Source: Nitrospirales bacterium
GTDB taxonomy: Bacteria; Nitrospirota; Nitrospiria; Nitrospirales; UBA8639
DNA length: 64,000 nt
Reading direction: 5' to 3'
Assembly (NCBI GenBank): GCA_965203295.1
Contig: CBDBCZ010000019.1
Span: 224,001-288,000, forward strand
Position 1 is the stretch's first letter. Every line of letters starts with the position of its first letter. Below are positions 12,673 to 45,685 of the stretch, piece by piece. The notes under the pieces were generated by a model. The model saw only the letters and a program-made list of their open reading frames with translations, did not search any database and was not told where the DNA came from. The translations under genes and the position numbers were made by a program.

Positions 12673-15600
12673 ATGTTTTACGGAGCATTCGTCCTCGCCA
12701 AGAAGGGCCCTCTGGCCAAGGTGTGGCTGGCTGCCCACTGGGACAAGAAACTCACCAAGGCACACATCTTTGAAACGGATGTAGAGTCTACCGTTGACAA
12801 CATCATATCACCAAAGGTTTGTTGCTCCCATGGCCACTCAGCTGCTGTGCTGTATGGATATCCAGCTGTTAGCATTTCAGGATCAATGCCTGTATTGCAG
12901 GAGATAAACATTTACTGAAGTTTGCGCCATAGAATTCCTGGTAAAGGGCTGTTACCAAATTATGCCTACCTGTTCTCCCTCAAATAATGGTGTTATGGGT
13001 GGGGTTACAGGACCTGAGCTGCAGAGGTCTAGTAAACTTTGTGGTAGGCTTTCATTGGAAAGGACATATCACATGCGAGTCCAGATTTCTTACAAGCACT
13101 ACAGCATTGTTCCTTCAATGGCAGTGTGCTTGCGTTTCAGGTGAAGATGGCACTGCGTACATCTGGCCACCTGCTATTGGGAGTGGTGAGGATCTATTCT
13201 CGCAAGCAGAAGTATCTCATTCACGATCTCGGAGAGGCCTGTGCCAAGATCCGCATGGCTTTCAGGTGGGTAAGACCTAGCCTTGACCCCTGTACTTCAA
13301 CTTGTTGCTTACAGATGGTAAATGCCTGGTAAACTCATCACATACTACTACACTTTGAAATAAAGGTGGACATATAGTGGGCAGTGTCCGATAATAAGGT
13401 ACTGGAGATAGAATTGGGAGAGAGAGAAGAGATCTGTGAGCAAACTGTATTATCACAGAGGTAGTTTTCCCACAAGCTTCTGCAGGAGGCACATTCAACC
13501 CTCACCCCTTTGCCTCTAACTGAACCCCATTATACAGCATGAACCACTACTGCGGTACTCATAAGCTCCTGTACAAAGTTATGTGAGATTCCCATCATAG
13601 TACATGTACAGGTGCTTAAGGTGTTAGAGTAAGTGGGCAAATTTGCCTTGTTTTAATTCCCCTCTTAGGCCGGGAATTGTGGACCTGCCGGCCGAGGGGG
13701 GCGTGGCAAACCCTGATGCCATCACTCTGCCCGAGATATTTCATGATTTTGAGACGGCTGTTGCTGACTTAGGGTGAGTTTGGAATTTCTCAGACTATAT
13801 TATTCTCCGTCTCTTTGGCAAGTGCCAATGTGCTCTTATTTGAGACGGCTGTATGCCTTATATGGTAGTTCCTGTTCTGGGGGAAGACCCTATTTTTATG
13901 GATACCCTATGGATAATGTACTTGTCAGCCTAGCTCTACAGCACTTTCATTGCACTTGTATGCGTACACACTGTACTATCAACACAGGTCTTTGCAAATG
14001 GAGGACCAGTTTACGATCAACCCTAGCCGTGCCTCAGAGATCACAATGGCCGAGGACCTCACCACCACTGGTGGAGACATGTTTGGAGAATTAGAGGAGT
14101 TTGACCTCACTGGCGGAGGGTTTGGAGGTGAGGATTGCTGTTATTGTCTAATGCTTTGTTAGGTCTGGCAGATTGATCAGGGTTTCATTTAGCAAATTGT
14201 CCGGGAAGGGGGGGGGGGGGGGAGGGGCTAAGGGTAGAAGCCGGCTTGCATGACTTAAAAGCTATGCTGTATACTGGATTTTGTGAACACTTTTCTGAAC
14301 TGTTGTTGGTAGGCCCTTTGTTGTATAGAAAACAAAAGTTCCTACAAATTAATCTCTGATTGTCAACAAAATGTCCTAGCAATGTCTAATAGGCAGCATT
14401 CTGTAGGACGTGTTTCCTACCCATTTGTAGGAAATATCTTTCCTACACATACAGAGTCAGAAAAAGGTCCACCTTTATGAATTAAACACTGTTATTCCTA
14501 AATCCTTTCATACTGCTTCAGCAATGAGAAAACTCGGAGTGTGAATGGAAACAAGGCTATGAAGCCTTTTTTCTTAAATTCATGACTTAAGAGTGGCTAG
14601 AACTCTATAACAATTGTGAGAAAATTCTTTCTTCTACTGATACTTTATAGGTGGAATGGAAGACATCGAGGTTGCAAGAAAAGATGCCACTCTGCTTGAC
14701 GAGAAAGATCAGACAAATGGGGAGCTGACGAAAATCGGTGACAACACAACCATGCGCAGTGAAAAAGACAAGGCTAACTTCACCATGGAGGACCAGCTAC
14801 CCGACAGGGGGGACTTCGGTGGGGAAGACTTTCTCCAAGACGGGTTTGGTGGGGGCATGATGGACCTGGATAATCTCGGTGGACCAGGAGAGGTGCCTAA
14901 CATCTCCGATATCACACTGGAGAGAGACCAGCAAGGTGACAAAGAAGGTGCGTTTGCTTTTGTGCATTGTATGTGGAGTAATCAGTGATCTTTTAATGTC
15001 ATTTGTGTGTACATGTAGCTTCAATAGCTGGTCTACTTTCAGTCATTTGCTTTCCAAAACTCCATTTATGTACCTGTATATCTCTCTCTCCTGTCATTTG
15101 CTATCAGGAGAGCAAGGTGAAAGAGATAAGGAGACACCGATGGAAGTTGACCAGGCCCCTACTGACCAGCCAACAGTAGATGCAGGTAACTGTATTATCA
15201 AGCAAATCTTGCTAACTTATACTGTTAACTAATTAACCTTCTGCCTTCTCTATATTAGGCGACCCTGATCAGACTGTCAGAGGACCAGACATGACTGTGA
15301 TACCGTTGGAAGGGGAGGGCTTCATCCTGGAACCAGTTGACGTGTCCACGGTAACCAAGGAGCGTCGAGGGAAACGAAAGCGAAAGCTGGTTGTCGATAA
15401 TTCCAAGGAACTGACTGCAGACGATATCAGAGCTCAGTTGAACGACTGCTCCGATATAGTTCAACAGAAGTGCTTCCCTCCCCCTACCAAGAAGGCCCTC
15501 GCTTGGAAGACCATGGCAAGCAGCGAGCAACTCTTTCAGAAGCCCGGGCTTCCTCTGGCCCCGGAACTCATCAAGGTAATCACAAGGAATTACTCTACCA

Positions 15601-16181
15601 ACATTCCCGGGCTACCCGTAGACGAGGACCTGGATTTGAATTTGGATCAAGAAGAGCCCCGAAATGCCGACGTGTCTGGAATGCCGGTAGACACTACTGC
15701 TAACCTGGAGGCTGGAGACGAGATCTCAGCGGTGGCACCGCCCACTACAGAACAGCCGAGCCTCGTTGATGATACACGGCTTCTAGATCTGGAGATGGGC
15801 GGGAACGACGACCTTCTTGATCTCCCCGAGGATGCTGCCTCTCGAGTAATTCCAGAAATGCCAGATTTAGAAGCAGAAGAGGAGCCCACAGCCACCCAGT
15901 CTACCGAAGAGCGTCACAGCAACGAGCTGACGGAAGAGTTTGAGCAGCGCCGGTGGACAAAGAGAACACAGCAGGTGTTTCGCATCCTAAACCGTAACCT
16001 TTCCAACAAGAAGGACGTTCCTTTCTCGTCTCTGACCCAACGGTGCAGTCGTAAGCAAGCGGCATCTAGATTCTACACGTGCCTGCTGCTAACCAAGGAT
16101 GGTACCATTGATGTTGAGCAGTCAGAAGCGTACGGACCTATTCAGATAAGCAAAGGCCCTAGATTTGCTGAAGCAGTTTAA
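12673..16181 (+). CDS. RAD21: Cohesin kleisin subunit RAD21/SCC1, 7 coding exons, 603 aa
   Basis: Exons 12673-12816, 13141-13265, 13669-13773, 13988-14127, 14651-14947, 15108-15185, 15259-16181. Motifs: [54 protein letters not shown]-terminal winged helix [14 protein letters not shown], and separase-type ExxR (DIEVAR). Confidence 0.97.
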
Positions 16182-16450
16182 TTGTACTCACAAACATCCA
16201 CTATCATGACATCTCTTATCTTTGCCGTCTCTACTGCACCTTTTATTAATTTCATGCTGTACATATAGTGCCTGTTGTAGTGCCTGCATTTGATTCGTAT
16301 TACACTTTATTCCTCATTTTTATAGTCCCTGGGTTTTTTTTTTCAACTCGCTTTTTTTGCGTCATTATGCGCATCTGCGTCTGCCGGAAGCACTTTACTC
16401 CGTATACCACTTCCGGTAGCCACACCCACACTGCGTTCCGTTTCCAGGCA

Positions 16451-17704
16451 ATGCTAGCTCGTTTGTTCGGACTGAGTGCAGTGCTGTCTGTAGCTAGTTG
16501 CTCAGTGTTGAGAAACGCCACTGAACACGTGCCATTTTCTGTATTCCCGGAGTTTTCCTCGAACATATCATCACCGACGATGGCGGACTCGCTGCAAGAC
16601 AAGGTGGTACGAATTCTGGAGCTGAAGCCTGGCTTCCCAGAGAACATTGCGGTACAGGTATTCGACGAGAAATACTACGATCAACTCTCGCTGGAGAAGA
16701 AGAAGAGGTTTCTCAAATGCCTCAACTCTGGCATCGTAAACGAGAACTCGATCATGGGCTGCTACGCGAATTATCCGGACGACTACGAGGTCTTCAAGCC
16801 CTTCTTCAGTCGCGTCCTGGAGATCTACCACAAAGTCGACCTCTCCAAGACTAAACACGTCAACAGCTGGTCACTCAAAGGCATCCCCGGCCTGCCCGAT
16901 GACGGTGTTCTTGACCTCACCAGGCTCGGCCTTCCGCCGCTCTCCATTCGCGTACGAACGGGCAGGAACCTCAAGAAGTTCCCCCTGCCAGGCTCCATGA
17001 CCAAGGAAGACCGCGTTGCCATGGAAGTTGCCATGGGAAAGGTCTTTGATAAGCTCATCGCCATGCCCGACTTCGGAGGCCGCTACGTGTCCATCACCCC
17101 CGGACACCCCAACGAAATCACCCCGGCCGAATACGACGAACTCGTCAAGGCTCACATCATGTTTAAGGACATGTCTGTGGACAAGTACCTCCTCGCCGCT
17201 GGCATCGCCGAACACTGGCCTTACGGTCGAGGCTGCTACATCAGCAAGGACAAGGGGTTCATCATCTGGGTCGGAGAAGAGGACCACCTCCGCATCATGT
17301 GCATGAAGAAGGGCAGCATTCTCAACGAGGTCTTTGACCGCCTCAAGGCAGCCATCGACGTTGTCGAAGCCCTCATCGACGGAGGCTGTGCCTACGATGA
17401 TAAATTTGGTGTTGTCACCTCGTGCCCCACGAACATTGGCACAGGCATGCGTGCGTCTGTCCTCATCCAACTCCCCAATCTCACGGCTGACGGCACCGAC
17501 AAGAAGGTCAAAGCTATCGCCAAGCCGCTTGGTCTCTCTGTCCGTGGCCTAGGAGGCGAGCACACCCCTATCGGTGAGGACGGCACTGTCGATATCTCTC
17601 CCTCTGCTAGGTTCTGCATCTCTGAAGCTGAGATTCTCACTGCTCTCTACAAGGGAATCGAACTGCTGAAGAAAGAAGAGGAGGCCGTTGCACCCAAGAA
17701 ATGA
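16451..17704 (+). CDS. Intronless ATP:guanido phosphotransferase (arginine-kinase type); alternative start at 16580
   Basis: Motifs SIRVRTGRN, HWPYGRG, WVGEEDHLRIM, SCPTNIGTGMRASV and VRGLGGEH. Strong C/G third-position bias. ATGs at 16451 (hydrophobic leader) and 16580 (MADSLQDK). Confidence 0.92.
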   Translation: MLARLFGLSAVLSVASCSVLRNATEHVPFSVFPEFSSNISSPTMADSLQDKVVRILELKPGFPENIAVQVFDEKYYDQLSLEKKKRFLKCLNSGIVNENSIMGCYANYPDDYEVFKPFFSRVLEIYHKVDLSKTKHVNSWSLKGIPGLPDDGVLDLTRLGLPPLSIRVRTGRNLKKFPLPGSMTKEDRVAMEVAMGKVFDKLIAMPDFGGRYVSITPGHPNEITPAEYDELVKAHIMFKDMSVDKYLLAAGIAEHWPYGRGCYISKDKGFIIWVGEEDHLRIMCMKKGSILNEVFDRLKAAIDVVEALIDGGCAYDDKFGVVTSCPTNIGTGMRASVLIQLPNLTADGTDKKVKAIAKPLGLSVRGLGGEHTPIGEDGTVDISPSARFCISEAEILTALYKGIELLKKEEEAVAPKK

Positions 17705-18851
17705 ATTATGAGCCGACTATGATCACGTGTGGACATTCCTGTAGAAGAGATATGTTAGCCATAGGCAAAAGATGTTGTATTATTTTCAAAATGAATCAAT
17801 CACATTCATCTAGCTATAATACAGGCAACTGCATGGGTACAGTAGGTCATACGAGATTCTCGCTGTGCGCCAATAGTAGAAAACAGCCAGCATTAAATGC
17901 TGCTATCTTGGTATAATTATCAGGTTAACCTGTTTTTGTCTACATGCACGTACTTGCATGTTTTGTTACCTCAACCAATGGACCATCAACAGTGTTTAGA
18001 GACTCGAGTTAAGGTACAGTACTCCTATAGCCTGAGTGAGGGTACTATCAAAGGGAGCTCTTGGCCTCGATATCAGTGCGTGTCGCTGGAGGTTGAGGGA
18101 GCTCGTAATTGTTGAGCTCATTGGTGACTGAAGACTCGGAGATTCCAAAACCGAGGGCCAGGCCAAGGGATGACAAGGTCTTATAGCTGAATTTGTGGGG
18201 GTGCTAGGAATGTTAACTGCAGTGGGAGGGAGGATGATTGTCTTGTTTCAGTTGGAATAAAAACAGCACCGAAGTAAACAACTGCTGCTGTGTGTGGGAT
18301 TGGAACCACGTACATACAACCCCAGATCTATCTATGGTACACCCATTTCTGTGAGTGGGGAAAACATACATGCACTCAGATTCACAACCTGAATCTGTAG
18401 AGTGCAAGCCAAAACCTTTAGATCAGTTACGCCACTGCAACATGGAGTCATGAATCAAACATGCAGGATTTCAGGTGGACTGGCTCTCCAAAAATGCATG
18501 ACAACCCACAAAAATAATTTGAAAAGCACAGTAACAGATGCACTATACAAAACACAGTACACAGACACATACAAAACAACATACAAAAAGTGGATACACA
18601 GTATCCAATAGCCTTGATGACCAAGATAAATAGATGGAAAATGAGAAGCTAGTGGTATAACATTGCAAAATGGTAATATAATAATATATTACAATTCAGT
18701 TGACACCATTTTTTTGAGGTTGAATTGAAATTCAAATTATTACAGAATTCTGATAAAATCTGTAGAATAATAATCACTTGTGTCAAAAAACCCGAAAAGC
18801 TGTAGATACAGAATCGAATTATTTTTACCGACAAACTTTGTCCAGAAATAG

Positions 18852-31706
<12,855 letters not shown>

Positions 31707-32363
31707 CTCGGTCCTCCGGTGAAACGGCCCGGTGAAACAAGGGCGTCAGTCTCACAGCCTGCCCGGAGTGAGAGAGCCACTAGCCAGGCGCGATCCAGCT
31801 AAGATCACTCACGAAACGCACTGTGTGTAGCCCAGCAGTCCGAAGTCTAACACGATTTTCGATTATATAGTCGATCGCAGACGGCCTCATCCACAAGGCA
31901 ACAGCTTCACAACTTTACTAAAGACTGACTGTGAATAGTGTGGGAGGAGGAGGGGGTTCCCGTATATCGTACGGTATACCGGTATACGATGATTCTGGGT
32001 TATGTCACCGACACGTGACTTCCGCTCTGTTTCCGGAATTCCGCCGGCCGCAAATTGGCGTGCGCCGCGCGCAGTATAAAAGGTCACAAAACCCTGAGGT
32101 CGAGGCTGGCTCGCGAGGCTAGCTGGAATCTTGGTATGTTGCTACTTTTTAAAACAATTGAAACTATGTAGGAGTCTAATGATAATATACTTACCAGTGT
32201 GCTATGCAAACATGGCTTTATCTGCCTCTGCTGCAAACGCACCCTGTTTTTATTAGCCCCACCCTCTCTCTCTCCCCTCTCTCTCACACACGTACACACA
32301 TACAAATATGCACAGACACTTAAAAACACACACTCATATCTATTGACCTGCTGGCCTAGCAAG
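31707..32363. promoter_or_regulatory. Bidirectional promoter between the Bfr1-like gene and the beta-helix gene
   Basis: CpG-dense at 31720-32120, with an E-box CACGTGAC (~32012), ETS-like TTCCGG motifs and a TATA box GTATAAAAG at ~32074. Confidence 0.55.
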
Positions 32364-40145
<7,782 letters not shown>

Positions 40146-43036
40146 CTGTATGTGCTGTACTTCTAATTTTCACCGAGTGTGTGTCACGTTTATCTTGAAT
40201 GTTCGCTTTGAAACGTATGTTGACAAGTGCATGTAAGATTTCTTTTTGCAACACACTTAGTTCAGAATGCAGCATAATTATACAAAATAGAAAACTAACT
40301 AGATAATTATAATGTCATCGATGAGACTGCATGGTGAGTACAAATTAACAGGTGACAACATTACTATTGATGATACAATGAGGCTGATTACACACATACA
40401 CCCATTATAACCAAACATGGAGGGGAAAGTGGCATAGAGCTTCCCTGTGGGTTTGGCAAGGATTCGGCAGGCAATGGTGCTGGAGTGTCTTTAGTCTCTG
40501 CAGATAAAATGTAATTTTTCAGTAATACTAACTTTAAATCAAACCTTGGTGTAACGTTATATCAAACGGGCAACCACACTGCCAAGTGTAAAGTAAATGA
40601 GTGAGTAGAGATACAGATGTGATAAATCACAACCTGGAAATTACGAGTTTTAATATGAACACAAACCATATTGCTAAAGACTACAAACAATAGAGCCTGC
40701 AAAGACATGAAAGAGGAGATTGACATCCATTAGGTGAAGCATTGCATTCGTTTGCTTATCTGCTTCTATACTGTAGGATGCCTATTGTAGTTCTACAGCT
40801 GTAGTTAGCTTGGCCTGACCTGTTTCTAGGCTGAGCCATGGGTATTTCACTTGAAATGTTCCTGGCTATTTTTTTACTATCACAGCTGCTTACTAATTTT
40901 TCGCTGTCTAGGCCACACAAAATTACACTCGATTGCTGTCGCTTGGCCTACAATCTCTAAGAGCTCCTAGTAGACTGTAGTCACTGCTGTTGCATGAATT
41001 GTATAGTAACGTATGACGTATTAGATTACACGTGTGATAAGTATGGACGCACTGTACAGACAAACATACACACAGACAAACACGAAAAACGAGTCGTCTT
41101 AGGACCAGCCATTCACACATGCCCGGCTGATAAAAATCTTTTCAGATAACTTTCTAGTAAACACACAGGAATCATAATCGCACATGATATATCATGTGCC
41201 TCTTTTTCTTCACAGTTGGCAGTGTATCGTAGAGTATGCATCAACGTCCACCACATACTTAGCTATAATATGTGATTCATCATGCTTACCTGGCTGAAGT
41301 TGGTCTGACAGTTTCTCAAGAGCTTGATCAGCTGCGCATGTACTGGACATTGTAGAGTCAGTCTCAGATATCTACAAAGGAGCAAAGGGTCAGTACTAAT
41401 ATCGTGGGTGTTGAGGACTCTCTCACCTCAGTTTAATATCAGTGAGATTACACTTTTACCAAAATAGTGCTATGTTAACATGCTAGCTTCTGTACTAAGC
41501 AAATATCTGCACATACAGCCACACTGGCATTAGTACATGTAGTGGTCTGGTGTTGCTGACCCAGTCCCCAGGCTTCACTTCCCAGCATTACAATCTGATA
41601 ATCACAGTAGACCAAAGAGGACATTGTGGGGCAAGCCTGGTGATGCCTAATATGCAATAACTGTGATACAAGAGACGTACAGATGCATGTTCGCACACCG
41701 AAGTCGAGTCTGAAGTATTGCTGTTTCAGGTCTCGTTTCAAGGCTATACACCTTAGCTAACCATATTTAGAGTTTGGAAAAGGATTGTATCCACCCTCTA
41801 CCCATAGTACCACCTAAGATGAATTCCAAACTTTCTACGCATACATGTACATTTACCTCAAGGGGACACTGGTAGTCTTCACAGGTAAGGCGGGTCACCC
41901 CCTCCACTCGCAGTGCTGCCTTCTGGCTCTCAGAGAGGGGGAATACAACCTCCTTCACAAAGTGAGGCATCTGGAATGTCAACTGTACGCAACCTTTCTC
42001 CACAGTGCACAGCCGGAGTGTGCTATCTGTAACGTTAATGATGTCAGAAATACGTGACTTAAATGCGGCCAAGTGACTCAAGTTGCACTCCTCAAAGTTA
42101 ACACCTTCGATTTTAACAACAAGGTTGGCTTGATCTTTTCTGGCTAGCGAATATGCTGGGCATTCAAAAATACTACGTTTCGAGTATTCATTGAATTTAG
42201 TAGTGTAGTCACGTAAGTTTTCCTTGTCTTGCTGAACACCAAATGCATTAATGATGCATTCAATGATGTGATAACTAAAGAAAGACATGTAGCCTCGTGA
42301 CGTAAGGATCAAGAAAACCCTATCAATATTATCAGCTGCTTGTAGCTCCTCAATGCAGTCTCGCAACAGAGGTCTCTCACTCAGAGTTGGTTGAAAAGCA
42401 CCCAATGTCATTAGAAGACGCACTAACTCTCGCACTGTGATACCCTGCTGTATCAAGGACTCGCACGTTCTATACACTAGATTACCAAAGTCTGTTGTAA
42501 TCACTTCAAAGTCACGATAGAGTCTTTCTCAGAAGCTGCTTCTGATTTTCATCTAACCCTTCTGCGTTCAAATACGGAAAGGAACTCATTGTGAGAATGG
42601 GTTTGGGACAGCCTTTCTCAAATAAACGATTAAAACTGCATTTTCCGCAACCACATCCATAATCTTCCGGCCGATGACGGTCACTAGTTGGAAGAGCACT
42701 ACTGGTACTAATCTGCGTCACAAAAGTATGCAGCTCATTTTCTGTTTCTGGTATCACTTCTGGTACTGCAGTGTAAACCAAAGCAGGAAGTAAATGAAGT
42801 TAGACTACTGTGACCCATTACAACCATACCTGGAGAGGAAAGCGGCATAGAACTTTCCTGTGGATTCAGCAGGGATTCATCACACAGCGATGGTGGAGTG
42901 TCTTTAGCCTCTGCAGATACATTTTTTAAGGTGGAGATGAGCCATTGTTAAGTCGCCCCCTCCATATAGCATCTTAGATCTACCCCTAAATTATAATAAT
43001 AGGTTACATCCCTTTCACGGCTTTCTATATTGATAA

Positions 43037-43897
43037 TAGCCTCGTTCCCAGGCCCGCGCCATTTTTGCTACATGTAAGCTGTCACAGGGCCTGGGATCTA
43101 AAATCATGTGCGCGAGGCCAAGAGTAGAACAGTAGTAGACGGGTACCGTAATGCTACAATATTTTGTGTGTGAGAAACCTTTGCGTTTTGCTATTTTGCG
43201 GCTAATTCAAGTACTTTGCGATCTTATCTTTGCGATTGTGGCGGCGGCATTCCCATTCTCGGCCAATCTCGGCTGAAGTTGGTATGTACCTTACGCTTCT
43301 TGGCCTTCTGTTGGCTGGCTTGCTTCTTCAACGCACGCTTCCCACTCTCGTTCGCTTCGCGAGTTGCCACCGCTCCAATTGCAGTGTCTGCCGAATACTC
43401 ATCTTGAAATAGCTGTTGCTGTAGAAGAATGAACTTCACCTGCCACCTTCGCTGTTGTTTAAGCCCATCCATTTGGCCTACTGCTGCTTCTCCTGGGACA
43501 GCTACTGCACCCACTAAAAACCACACCCACAAATTTTTGTTTAATTATTGCGATCTTGCATTTGCGATGCTGCAAGGACTCACAAAATTCGCAAAAGTAA
43601 AGTTCACGCAAAATATTGTAGCATTACGGTAATTATGAGCATGGGCAAGTGCACTTGCAATTCTCAGATGACGAGTGAAGGTAGCGAATCTACACTTCTC
43701 ATACATGTACATAGTTTTCTTTATAGCCCATTTATGCCATAGACCCACTGCTGAAAGAAAGTCTACGGTAAAATGTAGAACAACGTAGTCGTCTTTCAAA
43801 GTGGATAATGACGTAAGTTGATCATGTGACTTTAGATATAGGCCATGTGTCTTTCCTTCATGCAACCAAGAAAGTCGCGGGCCTGGGAATGAGGCTA
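43037..43897. mobile_element. TAG..CTA element with 9-bp TSD hosting a nested insertion
   Basis: TAGCCTCGTTCCCAGGCCCGCG ... CGCGGGCCTGGGAATGAGGCTA; flanks TATTGATAA / TACTGATAA. Confidence 0.85.
43146..43629 (-). mobile_element. Internally deleted pogo-like DNA transposon with transposase N-terminal remnant
   Basis: TIR CCGTAATGCTACAATATTTTG / CAAAATATTGTAGCATTACGG and TA TSD. Minus-strand remnant ATREANES...KAKKRKVHTNFS, then in another frame AENGNAAA, resembling the start of pogo-type HTH regions. Confidence 0.75.
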
Positions 43898-44586
43898 TAC
43901 TGATAATAACTTACCAAGCAACTTGAGGGCAGGCTGAGGGCAATACTTTTGATCTAGTTTCTTTGCCAACATAGGCTGGTCTATAGTGCGGCTTCTCAGT
44001 GCTTCAATCACGGCCCTCCAAGATGGGGTGGTCGTCTGCAGATAGTTCTTCAGTACCTCTCGAAAACAGTCACTCATATCTCCACGGCACTGGGCCTCAA
44101 TGGTGTCTAGTTCGTCAGGCATCAGCCCAAGTTGCAACCCCAAGTTGTACCAGCGGTTCTGAGTAATGTACAGCTCGTCTTGAAGCACACACAAGTCATC
44201 CAGACCGAGTGGCTTGACTGGTGAACAAAGTAAAATATATGCAATTTCAGACACAGAGTTGTGCTTATAACTCCGCATAATGTAGAGTTAGGTGATGATT
44301 TTACGACTCAGTATAGGTCAATAGGACAGCTATATGCATAGCAGTTTTCAGCTTCGTAACTTTTATGAAACTGGAACTAAACTCCAGTGTCGGAATTATA
44401 GTATCTACGGAATTATTACCCCGCCCCCGGGGTCCAACCATAGATAATAGAGTTAGGCTATATTTACTATCTATGTCATAATGTCAGATGAAGGTGAGAT
44501 TAACATCACATTCTCCGAACGCTCCGCGCTAAAGCTGAAAGGACAACTACCAAGCTTCGCTTACCTAAGCTACCGTCTTCAGCCAT

Positions 44587-45685
44587 TGTTTCCACTTATT
44601 ATCACGTACAGACTGGACTGGCTCGCGAGACTAGTCTCGTACCCGGGATGATCCAGGCCCGTACCCAGACTCAGATCCAGAGTGGGAGGAGCCAAGGCCC
44701 GGGCACGAGACTGTACATATACAGTGGCTGAAAGGGCCGCCGCCCTCAGCTAGTACATAGTCTCATGCCCAGACCGCACCCCCCTTTTCGACTATCTCGT
44801 GCCGTGAAATTTCCGTCAGGGCGGCACTCAGAGGCCGAGGAGGTCGGCCAAGGTTGACCTTTTCTAATCAAAATCACGTGACATTGCAATCGCAATCCAA
44901 TCAATCGATAATAAGCAGTTAAGTATTGCAAACTCCATAGAGAAAAAATCAAAGGTTTAGGCATCTCGCCCCAAGCCAGCCGCTTTGAAAAATGATTCGC
45001 AAGCAAGCAAATTTACTGCTGGTGTTAAATTCACTATTTCCCCCTCGTGATTCAGACACCTTGGTTGCCTTTGGAGGCAAAATCCTGTGGCCTCTTGAGT
45101 GATATTCCAGAAATTATGGCTGAAAGACGCAACGAGGCGTCATTAGGAAAGCGCTTGCGAGGGTCCCCGACAGGGAATAAGCCACAGTAGGCTGCTAAAT
45201 ACCCACCACGACGAAGAGCAGATGCCTTTACCCCCCTCGGGGAGACAGTTGGCATTCACTAGTGTGTTTGTAGCTCTTGTTTTACGGCTGCCTACTAAGT
45301 TTTCGCTATCTAGGCAACACAAGACTACCTTCATTTGCTGTAGCTTGGCCTACAAACCTCCAAAAGCTGCTATACATAGCACGAGGCTATGCTATACACT
45401 GCAGTTGATAGTAACGGCTATATTATCTATGCGTTTACGTACATCGTTTCCCCTCCCTAGCCCTTTCCGGTCACGCGGCGCGGAACCTCGTCAATTACTA
45501 CTCGGTTACGTACATGTAGCTTGTCCGACCTCCTCTAGCTCTGCAGGGCACTGCACTAGTCTCGTTCCCAGACCTCACTGGGCAAGTGCGGTCTGGGAAC
45601 GAGACTAGTCCGGGAGAGGTGTGCTCCGGGCACGAGACTATACCCCCAGCGTAGTCTCGTAAACAGACAACACTGTACTAGCCCC
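44587..45685. promoter_or_regulatory. Shared promoter of the DEATH-gene pair, built largely of stacked TAG..CTA elements
   Basis: Termini at ~44621-44633, 44632-44712, 44758 onward, 45557-45607, 45606-45640 and 45652. CCAAT-like motif at ~44897. Confidence 0.6.

Larger units (their letters stand above)
40388..44586 (-). pseudogene. DEATH-domain + helical/TRADD-N-like gene, paralogue A; frameshifted in exon 4 (219-aa truncated product)
   Basis: Exons 44586-44565 (MAEDGSL), 44217-43915 (DEATH: WYNLGLQLGL...CFREVLKNYL...PSWRAVIEALRS), 42910-42830, 42765-41857, 41371-41290, 40497-40388. A 2-nt deficit near 42525 relative to the paralogue (CTGAGAAAGACTCTAT vs CTGAAGGGAAGACTGTAT) gives TGA at 42514-42512. 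Confidence 0.8.

Noticed and set aside
16268..16450. N-terminal extension of the kinase from the GTG at 16268
   Set aside because: Non-ATG start in T-rich RAD21 3' UTR / promoter sequence.
16300..17640. Antisense and alternative-frame ORFs over the kinase (also over RAD21 and 54513-55541)
   Set aside because: Expected shadows of GC3-biased coding sequence; no independent motifs.
43224..43532. Independent small host gene
   Set aside because: Lies wholly within TIRs with a TA TSD and is frameshifted; interpreted as a transposase remnant.
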